Notes under the pieces: generated by a model
The model's database searches: none
Seen by the model: only the letters and a program-made list of their open reading frames with translations
What the model was told of the DNA's origin: nothing
Program-made: the position numbers and the translations under genes
In this document: piece after piece, positions 19,877 through 31,799 of the stretch
Numbering within the stretch: the first letter of the stretch is position 1
How the letters are laid out: each line of letters opens with the position of its first letter
From: an uncultured Gemmatimonadales bacterium
GTDB taxonomy: Bacteria; Gemmatimonadota; Gemmatimonadetes; Palauibacterales; Palauibacteraceae
Assembly (NCBI GenBank): GCA_963783385.1
Contig: CAWANJ010000001.1
Span: 192,001 to 256,000 of the forward strand
Direction: 5' to 3'
DNA length: 64,000 nucleotides

Positions 19877-20800
19877 TCAGCCGCCGTACCGGATCTGTCG
19901 GATCCGCTCCTCGGCCTGATGGGCCACCGGTCCCGTGCGGGCCGGGTCGAGGCGCAGGACCGATTCGAACGCCTCCATCGCTTCCTGGGACCGTCCCTGG
20001 CCCAGCAGCACCTCGCCCCGCAGGTACTGCGCCCTGTCCTGCAGGGTCCGGGGCACGCCGACCGCCACCAGGCTGTCGAGGCTGGCCAGCGCGTCGTCGG
20101 GCCGCCTGGCCCGCCGTTGCTGGGTAGCTACCTCGTATAGACAGTTCCCGTAGTGCCAGCGGGCGCTGTTCGCCTCGGCCGACCCATCGCCTGGCGCCAT
20201 ATCCAGGTAGCGCCGAAAGTAGGTCAGGGCCTCCTCGCATCCCCCCAGCTCCTCGAAGGAGCGAGCCGTCTCGTACAGAACCCTTGAATCGACGCCGGGA
20301 TCCTCGGGGAGGGACAGAAGCAGGGGCAGCGCGTCGGCGAAGCCGCCCTGGTCGAAGGCGTGGTCCCCGAGCTTGCGCCTGAGGTCGGCCGGGACCAGGG
20401 ACAGGTCGGAGGCGACGACCGGCTCCAGGAGCCTGGACATCTCCGCCTCGTTGCCGCGCTCGTCGGCAGCGCGCGCCGCGGCCGTGAGATCCGTGGCCGC
20501 CTGGTACTGGTAGCTGGAGTCCGCCTTCAGTAACTGGCCGTAGATCTGGAGCGCCGTCTCACCATCGCCGGAGAGCGCGTACGCGTGTGCCAGGCGCGCG
20601 AGGATGGACGGATCCTCGCCCTGCTGGCGCCGGGCCAGTCGATACTCGGCGATGGCCTGATCCGTCCGCCCCTGCGTGAGGAGGCGGTCGCCCCTCCCGA
20701 GCGCATCGCCACCGGCCCTGGTGCAGGCGGTCAGACCGACCAGCCCGGCTGCCCATACGGCGATGATGCTCCAACGACCCGGCCTCCAGCGTGGGGTCAC
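19877..20800 (-). CDS. Tetratricopeptide-repeat lipoprotein, unknown function
   Basis: Lipobox LTAC and TPR-like helical repeats; GTG start overlaps the upstream TGA. Confidence 0.8.
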   Translation of the reverse strand: MTPRWRPGRWSIIAVWAAGLVGLTACTRAGGDALGRGDRLLTQGRTDQAIAEYRLARRQQGEDPSILARLAHAYALSGDGETALQIYGQLLKADSSYQYQAATDLTAAARAADERGNEAEMSRLLEPVVASDLSLVPADLRRKLGDHAFDQGGFADALPLLLSLPEDPGVDSRVLYETARSFEELGGCEEALTYFRRYLDMAPGDGSAEANSARWHYGNCLYEVATQQRRARRPDDALASLDSLVAVGVPRTLQDRAQYLRGEVLLGQGRSQEAMEAFESVLRLDPARTGPVAHQAEERIRQIRYGG

Positions 20801-21555
20801 TCGCCACCCGCGCTCGCCCGTCTCCGGCCGAAAGCCCGTCGGAAGAGCCCGTACTTCAGGATACACACCAGGGCCCGCACGCCGTCCCGCCATCCGATCT
20901 TCTTGCCCTCGGCGTAGGTTCGTCCGCTGTACGACACGCCGACCTCGTACACCCGCCAGCCCCCGAGGGCCACCTTCGACGTCAATTCGGGCTCGACCCC
21001 GAATCCCCGCTCCTCGATGACGAGATCGTCGAGCACCTCGCGACGGAAGCACTTGTAGCACGTCTCCATATCGGAAAGGTTGAGGTTCGTCACCATGTTG
21101 GACAGCAGCGTGAGGAAGCGGTTCCCGACGTAGTGCCAGAAGTAGAGGACCCGGTGGGGACGTCCGCCCATGAACCGCGATCCGTACACGACGTCGGCCA
21201 GCCCCCGCTCGATCGGCTCGACCAGCATCTCGTAGTCCACCGGGTCGTACTCCAGGTCCGCGTCCTGCACGATGACGACCTCGCCCGCGCACGAGCGGAA
21301 CCCCCGGGAGAGTGCGGCGCCCTTGCCCCGGTTGGGATCCTGGCGCACGAGGCGATCGATGTGGCCCTCCTTCTCCAGCCGCGCCAGGATCTCGGTGGAC
21401 CCGTCGGTGGACCCGTCGTCGACCACGACCAGCTCCACCGGCATCGACACCGCACGGACCCGCGCGACGATCTCCTCCAGCGTGTCACGCTCGTTGTAGA
21501 CGGGCATGACGACGGAGACTCGCACCGCCGATCCGTTCGCGGCGACGTCGCTCAC
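20797..21555 (-). CDS. Glycosyltransferase family 2 (DPM1-like)
   Basis: [52 protein letters not shown]. Confidence 0.93.
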   Translation of the reverse strand: MSDVAANGSAVRVSVVMPVYNERDTLEEIVARVRAVSMPVELVVVDDGSTDGSTEILARLEKEGHIDRLVRQDPNRGKGAALSRGFRSCAGEVVIVQDADLEYDPVDYEMLVEPIERGLADVVYGSRFMGGRPHRVLYFWHYVGNRFLTLLSNMVTNLNLSDMETCYKCFRREVLDDLVIEERGFGVEPELTSKVALGGWRVYEVGVSYSGRTYAEGKKIGWRDGVRALVCILKYGLFRRAFGRRRASAGGE

Positions 21556-22533
21556 GCGGTCCCGTCTCCGGCCAGCACGCGGGGCGAGGGGAGGCGCCCC
21601 TGCTCACGCAGCCTCCGGAAGTGGTCCGCCGTGCGCTCCAGACCGTTCCGCAGCTCCACCTTCGGAGACCAGTCCAGCACCCGACGCGCCCGGCCAATGT
21701 CGGGCTGGCGCACCTTGGGATCGTCCTCCGGAAGGGGGAGGTACCGGACCTCGGAGTCCCCGCCCGTGACCTCGAGGACGAGATCCGCGAGCTCGGCTAT
21801 CGTGAACTCGACGGGATTGCCGAGGTTGACCGGCTCGCTCTCCTCGGAGAAGAACAGGCGGTACAGGCCCTCGATGAGGTCGGACACGTAGCAGAAGCTG
21901 CGGGACTGGCTACCATCCCCGTAGATGCTGAGCGGTTCGCCGAGCAGGGCCTGGACGAGGAAGTTCGACACGACCCTCCCGTCGGCCGGCCGCATGCGGG
22001 GTCCGTACGTGTTGAAGATCCTGGCGATACGCGTGTCGAGGCCGTGGTAGCGGTGATACGCCATGGTCAGCGCCTCGGCGAATCGCTTGGCCTCGTCGTA
22101 CACTCCGCGGGGGCCGATCGGGTTCACGTTCCCCCAGTAGCCCTCCGTCTGGGGATGCTCGAGCGGGTCGCCGTACACCTCGGAGGTGGAAGCGAGCAGG
22201 TAGCGGGCTCCCTTCGCCTTGGCCAGGCCGAGCGTCTTGTGCGTCCCCAGGCTCCCCACCTTCAGGGTCTGGATCGGGAACTCGAGGTAGTCCACCGGAC
22301 TGGCGGGCGAGGCGAAGTGCAGGACGCCGTCCAGGCGGCCGGCCACGTACGATGAACTCCGTCACGTCGTACTTGACGAAGTGGAAGCCCTCCCGGCCCA
22401 TCAGGTGGGCCAGGTTGTCCGCGGAGCCGGTGATGAAGTTGTCCATGCCCACGACCTCGTGGCCCTCCTCGAGGAAGCGGTCGCACAGGTGGGAGCCCAG
22501 GAAGCCGGCCGCCCCCGTGATGAGGACCCTCAT
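21552..22533 (-). CDS. uxs: UDP-glucuronate decarboxylase / UDP-xylose synthase (apparent +1 frameshift at ~22350)
   Basis: [16 protein letters not shown], then [26 protein letters not shown] and GRVVSNF in the next frame. Confidence 0.9.
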
Positions 22534-23843
22534 TCGACCGCCTCCCGTCCGATCGGATAGTAGCGGAACCCGCGGTCCCCGAGGCGCCGGGGCTCGAACA
22601 GGTTGCGACCGTCGAACACCGTCCGCTCCCGAAGGGCGTCGGAAAGCCGCTCCCAGCTCGGCCGGCGGTACTGCTGCCACTCCGTCACGATCACAAGGGC
22701 GTCGGCACCGACGCACGCCTCGTACTCGTCCTTGCCGTAGTCGACGCGGTCGCCGAAGTGCCGCGAGCGGGCCACCTCCATGGCCACCGGGTCGTGGACA
22801 GCCACCGAGGCCCCGGCGCCCAGGAGTCCTTCCACGACCTCGATGGAGGGCGCTTCCCGCATGTCATCCGTCTCCGGCTTGAAGGCCAGACCCCACACGG
22901 CCAGACGGCGCCCGGCGAGGTCGCTCCCGAAGTGATCGAGCACCTTCTCCACCAGGAGCCGCTTCTGGCGATCGTTGGCCTCGTGCACGGCGCGCAGGAT
23001 CGAAAGGTCGACCGCCTGCTCATCTCCCGTCCGGATGAGCGCACGGACATCCTTGGGAAAGCAGCTTCCCCCGTACCCGGCCCCGGCGAACAGGAAGGAC
23101 GATCCGATCCGAGGGTCGCTGCCAATGCCGTGCCGGACGTGGGCCACGTCGGCTCCCGTGGCCTCGCACAGGGCGGCGACCTGGTTCATGAAGCTGATCC
23201 GGGTGGCCAGCATCGCGTTCGCGGCGTACTTGGTCAGCTCGGACGACGGTATGTCCATGAACAGCAGAGGATTGCCCGTTCTCACGAACGGCTCATACAG
23301 CTCCTGGAGGATGGGACGCACGGCGTCCGTCTCGATGCCGCACACCACTCGGTCGGGGCGCATGAAGTCGTCGACCGCGCTCCCCTCCTTGAGGAACTCG
23401 GGGTTGGAGCACACGTGGAACGGGACGTCCGTCCAGCGCTCGATCTCCTCCCGGACCCGCCGCGCCGTGCCCACCGGGACCGTGCTCTTGGTGATGACCA
23501 CCGCCCCCTCGCGCAGGTTCCGGCCGATCGTCCCGGCCACCGAGAGCACGTGCTGGAGGTCGGCGGAGCCGTCCTCGTCGGGAGGCGTGCCCACCGCGAT
23601 GAACAGGACCTCGCCGCGGGCTGCTGCGGTGTCCACGTCGGTCGTAAACTGGAGCCGGTTCTCGCGCGCGTTCCTCTCCAGCAGACGATCCAGGCCCGGC
23701 TCGAAGATGGGGACCTCGCCCCGCTCGAGCCGCTCGATCTTCCCCTCGTCGACGTCGGCGCACACCACGCGGTGCCCCGTCTCCGCGAGACAGGCGCCGA
23801 CCACGAGGCCGACGTATCCGGTTCCGATGACCGTCACATCCAT
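22530..23843 (-). CDS. ugd: UDP-glucose 6-dehydrogenase
   Basis: [51 protein letters not shown]. Confidence 0.95.
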   Translation of the reverse strand: MDVTVIGTGYVGLVVGACLAETGHRVVCADVDEGKIERLERGEVPIFEPGLDRLLERNARENRLQFTTDVDTAAARGEVLFIAVGTPPDEDGSADLQHVLSVAGTIGRNLREGAVVITKSTVPVGTARRVREEIERWTDVPFHVCSNPEFLKEGSAVDDFMRPDRVVCGIETDAVRPILQELYEPFVRTGNPLLFMDIPSSELTKYAANAMLATRISFMNQVAALCEATGADVAHVRHGIGSDPRIGSSFLFAGAGYGGSCFPKDVRALIRTGDEQAVDLSILRAVHEANDRQKRLLVEKVLDHFGSDLAGRRLAVWGLAFKPETDDMREAPSIEVVEGLLGAGASVAVHDPVAMEVARSRHFGDRVDYGKDEYEACVGADALVIVTEWQQYRRPSWERLSDALRERTVFDGRNLFEPRRLGDRGFRYYPIGREAVE

Positions 23844-23907
23844 GATCGTCCCCTGCTCACGTCGCTCTCCTGTGGCATCTCGGGTGCCTCTCGATGGCCG
23901 GGGAGGT

Positions 23908-24873
23908 TCAGCTCGCGAACGTGCGGTACACTTCGCGCACCGTGTCCTCGATGCTCCGCTGCGGCGCCCAGCCGGTCTCCTGGCGGATCCGGGTCGGGTC
24001 GCCCACCACGCGGCCGGGCTCCTCCTCCCGGATGCGGCTCTCGTCCACGACCACCTCCACGCTCACGTTCGCATCGTCGAGGATCCAGTCGAGGATCCGC
24101 CGAACGGAGATGGAGCGCCCTGAGCACACATTGTACGCCGCCTGCGGGCGTTCCAGCTCCGTCACCAGGAGGAAGGCCCGCACGGCATCCCGGACGTCCG
24201 TGAAGTCCCGCTCGGCGTCCAGGTTGCCCACGTCGAGCCTCGAGGGCCGCTCGCCCGCCGCGATCTCGGCGACCTGTCGGCAGAAGTCCGGGACGACAAA
24301 GTGGGTCTGCTGGCCCGGACCAATGAGGTTGAAGCCACGGAGCACGACCGTCCGCACGTCGTACGCACGCCGGTACGTGTGCGCGGCGAGCTCCTGGCAC
24401 GCCTTGGAGAGCCCGTACACGGTCACCGGCCGCAGCATGAGCTCCTCGCCCAACGGCTGACCGGGCTCGCCGGCGTCCCCATACGAGTCCCCCGAGCCCA
24501 TGACCAGGATCAGGGGATCGAAGTCCGGGAACTCCTCGCGGACGCTGAGCACGGCCTCGCAGAGGTTGACGGTGCCGCCCGCGTTGACACGCAGGGCCCC
24601 TTCCGCCTGCTCCCGGGCCAGCGCGCCCGAGGAGAAGCCGGCCAGGTGGTAGATCCGGTCGGGTCGGACCGCCGCCAGGACCCGGAACAGGGCGTCGTGG
24701 TCCCGGACGTCGGCGGCTTTCCAGTCCACCGCGGCCATCTGGGACGGCGACAGGGTGCTCCGGGTGGGCGGGAGCGTGAGGGCGGAGGCCGCGACCTCCC
24801 CCTCGGACTCCAGGAGCGCCGTGAGCAGGTGCTCGCCGACGAAACCGTCCGCGCCGGTGACCAGGCTCTTCAA
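23908..24873 (-). CDS. GDP-sugar reductase/dehydratase family SDR (Rmd/Gmd-like)
   Basis: VTGADGFVG, YHLAG, YGLSK, FNLIGPGQ, GNLDAERDFTDVRD; TTG start overlaps the hemB stop. Confidence 0.82.
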   Translation of the reverse strand: MKSLVTGADGFVGEHLLTALLESEGEVAASALTLPPTRSTLSPSQMAAVDWKAADVRDHDALFRVLAAVRPDRIYHLAGFSSGALAREQAEGALRVNAGGTVNLCEAVLSVREEFPDFDPLILVMGSGDSYGDAGEPGQPLGEELMLRPVTVYGLSKACQELAAHTYRRAYDVRTVVLRGFNLIGPGQQTHFVVPDFCRQVAEIAAGERPSRLDVGNLDAERDFTDVRDAVRAFLLVTELERPQAAYNVCSGRSISVRRILDWILDDANVSVEVVVDESRIREEEPGRVVGDPTRIRQETGWAPQRSIEDTVREVYRTFAS

Positions 24874-25883
24874 GCGGAGGCTCCGCGCCCTTCGGCCCGC
24901 GCCCGCCTGGCCAGCTCCCGGGCCGCGTAGGTGACGACCAGATCGGCGCCCGCGCGCCGGATCGAGACGGCCGCCTCCCACAGGACCGCCTCCGCGTCGA
25001 GCCAACCCCGCTCGGCCGCGGCCCGGATCATGGCGTACTCGCCGCTCACGGAGTAGGCCACGGTGGGCAGGCCGAAGCGCCGCTTGACCCTGTAGACGAT
25101 GTCCAGGTAGCCGAGAGCCGGCTTGACCATGACCATGTCGGCCCCCTCCGACACGTCCAGCGCCACCTCGCGGAGGGCCTCGTCGCCGTTGGCCGGGTCC
25201 ATCTGGTAGCCGCGCCGGTCGCCGAAGCCCGGCGAGGAGTCGGCCGCGTCACGGAAGGGGCCGTAGAAGGTGCTGGCGTACTTGGCCGCGTACGAGAGAA
25301 TCGCGACATCCTCCAGGCCCTCGCGGTCCAGCGCGCCGCGGATCGCTCCCACCCGGCCGTCCATCATGTCCGAGGGCGCCACGACCTGCGCGCCCGCTTT
25401 CGCGTGGCTCACGGCCTGCCGGGCGAGGAGCTCCAGCGTCGGATCGTTGAGCACGCGGTCGCCCTCCACCAGCCCGCAATGGCCGTGGCTCGTGTACTCG
25501 CACAGGCACACGTCCGTGATCACCACGGCATCGGGGAACTCCTCCCGGAGGCGCCGGACGGCGCGCTGCACGATCCCGTCTTCGGCCCACGAGGCGCTGC
25601 CACGCTCGTCCTTGTGGTCCGGCACCCCGAACAGGAGGAACGCCCTCACTCCATCCTCGAGCGCGGCGGCCGCCTCCCGCACTGCCGCCTCGATCGGGAG
25701 TCGGAACACGCCCGGCATCGACTCGACGGGGCGCGGCGCGTCCGTAGTGGCGTCCACGAACAGCGGGTAGATGAAGTCCGAGGCAGCCGGACGGGTCTCC
25801 CTGACCAGGTCCCGGACCCCGGGTCGGCGCAAGCGACGCAACCGCACACGGGGAAACGAGCCTCCTCCTCCCTCCTCAGCCAT
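24870..25883 (-). CDS. hemB: Porphobilinogen synthase
   Basis: RLRRLR, Zn-type DVCLCEYTSHGHCG, APSDMMDGR, YGPFRDA, MVKPA. Confidence 0.97.
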   Translation of the reverse strand: MAEEGGGGSFPRVRLRRLRRPGVRDLVRETRPAASDFIYPLFVDATTDAPRPVESMPGVFRLPIEAAVREAAAALEDGVRAFLLFGVPDHKDERGSASWAEDGIVQRAVRRLREEFPDAVVITDVCLCEYTSHGHCGLVEGDRVLNDPTLELLARQAVSHAKAGAQVVAPSDMMDGRVGAIRGALDREGLEDVAILSYAAKYASTFYGPFRDAADSSPGFGDRRGYQMDPANGDEALREVALDVSEGADMVMVKPALGYLDIVYRVKRRFGLPTVAYSVSGEYAMIRAAAERGWLDAEAVLWEAAVSIRRAGADLVVTYAARELARRARAEGRGASA

Positions 25884-26700
25884 CCGTTCCTCCCGGCTGC
25901 GATGCCTTCTCCGCCTCCACGAGCGCCTCCACGAGACCGGGGATCGTGAACTCGCGGGCCACCACGTGCACCGGGAGTCCCAGCTCGCGGGCCGTTCCCG
26001 CCGTGATCGGACCGATGGCCGCGACCCTGGCCTCGCCGGCGTCCGCTCCGACCGCCGTCACGAACCCACGGACCGTAGAGGACGCCGTGAAGGTCAGCCA
26101 GTCGATCTCGCCGGCGTCCAGGCGGGTCCGCAACGCATCCGCCTCGGCCGCATCCGCGAACGTGGTGTGGTAGGCGGCGACCTCATCCACGCTGGCGCCG
26201 GCGGCTTCCAGGAGCCGGGGAAGCACCTCCCGTGCCTCGGCCGCCCGCGGGAGCAGGACGCGACGCCCCGAAGGTCGCGGCTCCGCAGCGAGGATCGCCT
26301 CGGCGAGGCGCTCGGCGCGGTACTCCTCGGGGAGCACCGACGCCTCGAGCCCGAGCTCCGTCCGCACCGCTTCCGCCGTGGCCGGTCCGATGGCGGCCAC
26401 CCGCAGCTCCCGGAGCGCATCCGCGGCGCCGCCGACCTCGTCCCGTGCGCGCCGGAATGCTTCCACACCGTGCACGCTCGTGAACACGAGCCAGTCGTAG
26501 GCGGCCACACGGCGGAGCGCATCGCGCAGAGGCGTGGGATCCTCGAGCGGGCGGATACGGATCGTCGGAAAGGAGAGCACCCGCGCGCCGAGGGAGCCGA
26601 GCAGCGACTCGAACGAGCCCGAGCGGGAGCGCGGGCGCGTCACGACGACGGTACGGCCCTCGAGAGGGTGATCCCGGGATGGCGCGGGCCTGGCAATCAT
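25876..26700 (-). CDS. hemD: Uroporphyrinogen-III synthase
   Basis: VVVTRP, LVFTSVHGV, AAIGPAT, FTASSTV, AIGPIT. Confidence 0.93.
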   Translation of the reverse strand: MIARPAPSRDHPLEGRTVVVTRPRSRSGSFESLLGSLGARVLSFPTIRIRPLEDPTPLRDALRRVAAYDWLVFTSVHGVEAFRRARDEVGGAADALRELRVAAIGPATAEAVRTELGLEASVLPEEYRAERLAEAILAAEPRPSGRRVLLPRAAEAREVLPRLLEAAGASVDEVAAYHTTFADAAEADALRTRLDAGEIDWLTFTASSTVRGFVTAVGADAGEARVAAIGPITAGTARELGLPVHVVAREFTIPGLVEALVEAEKASQPGGTDG

Positions 26701-26708
26701 CGGAGCGG

Positions 26709-26737
26709 AATATAGGCGCGGCCCCGGGCGGGACCAA
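26709..26737 (-). promoter_or_regulatory. Putative promoter for hemD (near-leaderless)
   Basis: TTGGTC-N17-TATATT ending 8 nt before the ATG. Confidence 0.5.
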
Positions 26738-26768
26738 CGCCGGGGGGCGACGACCCGTCACCGGGTCG

Positions 26769-26960
26769 TCACGGCGCCTTACTGACCTTCCCGGCCTTCA
26801 GGCAGCGCGTGCACACCCGCACGCGCCGCACGGTCCCCTCGTCGACGATCCGGACCCGCTGGAGATTCGGGTAGGTGCGCCGCTTCGTGCGGTTGTTGGC
26901 GTTGCTGACGCTGTTGCCCGTTGCCGGGCCCTTGCCGCACACGTAGCAGAATCTAGCCAT
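26769..26960 (-). CDS. rpmB: 50S ribosomal protein L28
   Basis: [15 protein letters not shown]...TKR...PNLQ...VCTRCLK. Confidence 0.96.
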   Translation of the reverse strand: MARFCYVCGKGPATGNSVSNANNRTKRRTYPNLQRVRIVDEGTVRRVRVCTRCLKAGKVSKAP

Positions 26961-26978
26961 CAGAATCCCCGCGTGGCC

Positions 26979-27488
26979 TCAGTTGCGAGTGCTGCGGAGG
27001 ATGGAGACGGAGTCCGCCAGCATGAACGTCGGCAGACTCGGAATCTGTGCCGCCGACGCCGAATCCACCGCCCCGCGCTTCACCCACTCCGAGCGAATCG
27101 AGTCGTTGAGCGTATAGAACTGACCGCCCACGTTGACGCGGTCGTCCTTGTAGACCGTGGTGCCCCGCTGGAGCAGCCGGGCGCTCAGCAGCACCGGATA
27201 CTCGAGGGTGTCGTTGACGACGAGCGTGAACACGCCCCGCCCGAGCCGCGCTCCAACCTGGGCGCTGTCGAAGGCGGCGCCCTGGCCCGCAGCCGCCGCT
27301 GGATCCGAGCCCAGGGACGCCAGGGTCACCGGGGGCGGCCCCTCCGTGGTCGAGTCCGCCATGGCGGGCGTCACGGTCTGCTCGATCTGCTGGGACTGGC
27401 GATACAGCCAGTAGAAGAACCCGGCCATGACCGCGAGTGCCACGACCAGGAGGATGGATGAGCTTCCGCGAAAGCCGGAACGCGCCAT
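26979..27488 (-). CDS. Hypothetical membrane-anchored protein
   Basis: One N-terminal TM helix, typical codon bias, GGGAG RBS; no family recognised. Confidence 0.75.
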   Translation of the reverse strand: MARSGFRGSSSILLVVALAVMAGFFYWLYRQSQQIEQTVTPAMADSTTEGPPPVTLASLGSDPAAAAGQGAAFDSAQVGARLGRGVFTLVVNDTLEYPVLLSARLLQRGTTVYKDDRVNVGGQFYTLNDSIRSEWVKRGAVDSASAAQIPSLPTFMLADSVSILRSTRN

Positions 27489-27524
27489 GTGTCTCCCTCT
27501 CTCTTGTTCCCCGGACGGACGGGC

Positions 27525-27896
27525 CTAGGCCTGGGCCTCCACCCGCTCCGTCAGCTCGATGAGCGCCAGCTCCGCTCCATCCCCTTTCCTGGCACCCAGC
27601 TTCAGCACCCGAGTGTACCCACCCTCACGACCCTCGAAGCGGGGGCCGATGTCGTCGAACAGCTTCGCCAGGATCTCACGATCCTGAATGTGCCGGCGCA
27701 CCTGGCGGCGGCTGTGCACGTCGTCGGTGCGGGACAGCGTGACCAGCTTCTCCGCGAACGGACGCAGCTCCTTGGCCTTGGCCTCGGTCGTCCGGATGCG
27801 CTCGTGACGGAACAGGCTCGTGGCCATGTTCCGGAGCATGGCCTTCTTGTGGCTGGCCGTCCGGCTGAGCTGCCGACCCTTCTTCCTATGCCTCAT
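27525..27896 (-). CDS. rplQ: 50S ribosomal protein L17
   Basis: [21 protein letters not shown]. Confidence 0.97.
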   Translation of the reverse strand: MRHRKKGRQLSRTASHKKAMLRNMATSLFRHERIRTTEAKAKELRPFAEKLVTLSRTDDVHSRRQVRRHIQDREILAKLFDDIGPRFEGREGGYTRVLKLGARKGDGAELALIELTERVEAQA

Positions 27897-28998
27897 CGTC
27901 GGCCTCGGCGGTCGCCCCGTTGCCGGCGCTCGCCTCCTCCCGGAGATAGAGCGTCCCGTCCTCGCCCTGTTCTAGAGCCATGCCGAAGTGGAGCTTGTTG
28001 TCGGCGAGCACCTCGGCCACCTCCTCCAGGGACTTCTCGCCGAAGTTCTCGACCTTGAGCATGTCGTCCCGGGACCGTCTCGCGACATCCCCGAGGGTCC
28101 GAATGTCGGCCTTCTCGAGCGTGTTGCGGGAGCGGACCGAGATACCTTCGAACGCCTCGAGCGATCGGCCGAGCAACTCCTGGAGCTCGGTGCCTACTCG
28201 CCGCAGGCCTTCGGGCGCACCGTCGCCACCCGCTCCGGCTCCACCCTTTGCGGACCCGATCTCGATCGGTCCCTCGCCGATCCGGGTCAGATAGTCCAGG
28301 TGGGCGCGCGCGATTCGGGCCGCCTGGCCGAGCGCGTCGGCCGGATCCAGAGCCCCGTTGGTCTCGACCGCGATCATGAGCCGGTCGAAGTCGGTGCGCT
28401 GGCCGACTCGCGTCTCCTGGACCGCGAAGTTCGCCCTGGTCACCGGGTTGTACATCGAGTCCACCCGGATCAGGTCGACGGGAGCGTCCTTGGGGAGTCC
28501 GTGCTGCTCCGCCATGGCGAAGCCCCGGCCCCTGTTCACCCACAGGTCCATGCGCAGCGGCCGGTTCTCCGGCCGGTCCGACTGCAGGGTGAAGAGGTGC
28601 TGGTCGGGGTTGACGATCTCCACCGTGGCCACGTCACCGATGTCGGAGGCCGTCACTTCCGCCGCCTCGTGCACGCTGAGCTCGAGGCGCGCCTCTTCCT
28701 CGCCCGGGTCGAGCTGGATGACCAGGCGCTTCAGGTTCTGGATGATCTGGTGGATGTCCTCGGCCACCCCCTCGATGGTCTGGTGCTCGTGCTGCACCCC
28801 ATCGACCCGGAAGGCCCACACGGCCGCGCCTGGAAGCGAGGACAGGAGGATCCGTCGAATCGAATTTCCGATCGTATGGCCGAATCCCCGCTCCAGCGGC
28901 TGGAGGAGGTATTCGGCGCGCCGCCCGTCTTCGGACCGGGATTGCTCCTCGGCCGACTCGGGCAACACCAGTCCGGTCAAGTCCAACGTCGAAGGCAT
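27886..28998 (-). CDS. rpoA: RNA polymerase subunit alpha
   Basis: [40 protein letters not shown]...NFGEKSL. Confidence 0.97.
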   Translation of the reverse strand: MPSTLDLTGLVLPESAEEQSRSEDGRRAEYLLQPLERGFGHTIGNSIRRILLSSLPGAAVWAFRVDGVQHEHQTIEGVAEDIHQIIQNLKRLVIQLDPGEEEARLELSVHEAAEVTASDIGDVATVEIVNPDQHLFTLQSDRPENRPLRMDLWVNRGRGFAMAEQHGLPKDAPVDLIRVDSMYNPVTRANFAVQETRVGQRTDFDRLMIAVETNGALDPADALGQAARIARAHLDYLTRIGEGPIEIGSAKGGAGAGGDGAPEGLRRVGTELQELLGRSLEAFEGISVRSRNTLEKADIRTLGDVARRSRDDMLKVENFGEKSLEEVAEVLADNKLHFGMALEQGEDGTLYLREEASAGNGATAEADDEA

Positions 28999-29053
28999 AA
29001 CGCTCTCTTCGCCTGTATGTACCAGTCGTGCAGTCTCGAGGCCGGTCGCGGCC

Positions 29054-29686
<633 letters not shown>

Positions 29687-29704
29687 GTAGCTTCTTCGTC
29701 TCCT

Positions 29705-30094
29705 CTAGACCCGACGCTTCTTGGGCGGACGGCAGCCGTTGTGCGGGATCGGCGTTACGTCGCGAATGGCCGTGATCGTCAGACCCGCGCTCTGCAGGGC
29801 CTGAATGGCCGACTCTCGGCCCGAGCCCGGGCCCCGGACGTTGACGCTGACCCGCTTCATGCCGAGCGCCACGGCTTCCTTGCCGGCGTTCTCGGCAGCG
29901 ATCGTGGCCGCGAAGGGCGTCGACTTCTTGGAACCCTTGAAGCCCGACTTTCCGGCGCTCGACCAGGCCACCGTGTCGCCCCCGGTGTCCGTGATCGTGA
30001 CGATCGTATTGTTGAAGGTGGCCTTGATGTGCGCCACGCCCTCGGCGGGCACCTGCCCCTTCTTGCGGCTCGACTTCTTTCCCGGCTTCGCCAT
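29705..30094 (-). CDS. rpsK: 30S ribosomal protein S11
   Basis: [24 protein letters not shown]. Confidence 0.97.
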   Translation of the reverse strand: MAKPGKKSSRKKGQVPAEGVAHIKATFNNTIVTITDTGGDTVAWSSAGKSGFKGSKKSTPFAATIAAENAGKEAVALGMKRVSVNVRGPGSGRESAIQALQSAGLTITAIRDVTPIPHNGCRPPKKRRV

Positions 30095-30184
30095 CCCTCG
30101 CTCGTCGCTGCAGACGTGCTCTCACGCCCCGCGCCCGCCGACCTCCTCGGGGGCCGCGGGCGCCGGTCACTCCGTGTGGCGCAC

Positions 30185-30568
30185 CTACTTCTTGGCGGGC
30201 GCCCTCTTCCTGCCGGCCACGGTCTTTCGGGGCCCCTTCCGCGTCCGGGCGTTCGTATGCGTGCGCTGACCCCGGACCGGCAGGCCCTTCTTATGCCGGA
30301 TGCCCCTGTAACAGCCAATGTCCATGAGTCGCTTGATGTTCATGGACCGTTCGGTGCGCAGGGCTCCTTCCACCTTGTATCGGTTCTCGATCACCCGCCG
30401 CAGCTTGTTGACATCCTCGTCGGAGAGCTCGTGAATCCGGACGTCCCGGTTCAGAGCCGTCTCGTCGAGGATCGACCGAGCGGTGGATCGACCGATGCCA
30501 TAGATGTACGTGAGCGCGATTTCTACGCGCTTGTTCCGTGGCAGGTCCACTCCCGCGATGCGTGCCAT
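30185..30568 (-). CDS. rpsM: 30S ribosomal protein S13
   Basis: [24 protein letters not shown]. Confidence 0.97.
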   Translation of the reverse strand: MARIAGVDLPRNKRVEIALTYIYGIGRSTARSILDETALNRDVRIHELSDEDVNKLRRVIENRYKVEGALRTERSMNIKRLMDIGCYRGIRHKKGLPVRGQRTHTNARTRKGPRKTVAGRKRAPAKK

Positions 30569-30578
30569 CCTGGTCTAC

Positions 30579-30695
30579 CTACCCCTGACGCTGCTTGTGT
30601 TTCGGATTCCGCGTGCAGATCACCCGCACCACGCCGCGGCGGCGGACGATCTTGCAGTGCTCGCAGATCCTCTTTACGCTGCTTCGAACCTTCAT
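30579..30695 (-). CDS. rpmJ: 50S ribosomal protein L36
   Basis: Own translation (not in ORF track): [38 protein letters not shown]. Confidence 0.96.
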   Translation of the reverse strand: MKVRSSVKRICEHCKIVRRRGVVRVICTRNPKHKQRQG

Positions 30696-30740
30696 GGTCG
30701 ATTCTCCCTGCCGCCGGATCCGTCTGCATCGGAGCCTTGC

Positions 30741-30769
30741 AACCTAACAGTCGCCCCACCCTCGATCAA
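30741..30769 (-). promoter_or_regulatory. Putative internal promoter for the rpmJ-alpha operon
   Basis: TTGATC-N17-TAGGTT with an extended TGn element. Confidence 0.45.
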
Positions 30770-30796
30770 CATGGTCCGGGCGGGACCCGCTCGGTC

Positions 30797-31015
30797 TCAC
30801 TTGTAGCGATACGTGATCCGGCCCTTTGTGAGGTCGTAGGGCGACATCTCCACCGCCACCTTGTCGCCCGGCAGGATCCGGATGTAGTTCATGCGTATCT
30901 TCCCGGAGACGTGACAGGTGATCTCGTGCCCGTTCTCCAGCCGGACCCTGAACATCGCGTTGGGGAGAGCTTCGATGACCTCCCCGCTCATCTGGATCGG
31001 TTCTTCCTTAGCCAA
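30797..31015 (-). CDS. infA: Translation initiation factor IF-1
   Basis: [29 protein letters not shown]. Confidence 0.97.
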   Translation of the reverse strand: MAKEEPIQMSGEVIEALPNAMFRVRLENGHEITCHVSGKIRMNYIRILPGDKVAVEMSPYDLTKGRITYRYK

Positions 31016-31799
31016 CCTTGTCGCCTCCCTGGGCTGCCGATCGGACCGGCGGAGCGGTGAGGATCCGCGGACCCTCCGCTGTCACCGCCACCGTGTGCTC
31101 GAAGTGCGCCGAGAGCGATCCATCCGCCGTCAGGACGGTCCAGCCGTCCGAAAGGGTCCGGATCGATCGTCCCCCCACGTTCACCATCGGCTCGATCGCG
31201 ATGACCAGTCCCTCCCTCATTCGCCGGCCGTGTCCCGCGTGGCCGTAGTTGGGGACCTGCGGGTCTTCGTGTGCTGCATGTCCCACGCCGTGTCCGACCA
31301 GCTCCCTGACGACGCTGTAGCCATCAGCCTCCACGAGGCTCTGGATGGCCTCGCCGATATCCCCAAGGTGGCCGCCAGGCCTCGCCTCGGCGATCCCCGC
31401 CTGCAACGCGGTCTCGGTGATGGTCAGCAGCCGCCGCGTCTCCGGCTCGATCTCGTCCACCGGTAGCGTCACGGCCGAGTCGGCGTAGTACCCCTCGAGC
31501 CGGACGCCCAGGTCCAGGCTCACGATGTCGCCCGACTCCAGCACCCTGTGCTCGGACGGGATCCCGTGCACCACTTCCTCGTTGATGCTGGTGCACAGGC
31601 TCGCCGGAAACCCGTAGAGACCCTTGAAGGCCGGCTCGGCCCCCGGGTGCTCGCGGATCATGTCCTCCGCCGCCCGGTCCAGCGCCGCGGTGGACACCCC
31701 CGGCGCCACCTCGTCCACCATCCGCTGGAGCACCTGACCGACGATGGCGCCCGCCCGGGCGATCACGTCGATCTCGGCGGCGCTCTTGAGGTGGATCAC
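31008..31799 (-). CDS. map: Methionine aminopeptidase type I
   Basis: [33 protein letters not shown]. Confidence 0.96.
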   Translation of the reverse strand: MIHLKSAAEIDVIARAGAIVGQVLQRMVDEVAPGVSTAALDRAAEDMIREHPGAEPAFKGLYGFPASLCTSINEEVVHGIPSEHRVLESGDIVSLDLGVRLEGYYADSAVTLPVDEIEPETRRLLTITETALQAGIAEARPGGHLGDIGEAIQSLVEADGYSVVRELVGHGVGHAAHEDPQVPNYGHAGHGRRMREGLVIAIEPMVNVGGRSIRTLSDGWTVLTADGSLSAHFEHTVAVTAEGPRILTAPPVRSAAQGGDKVG

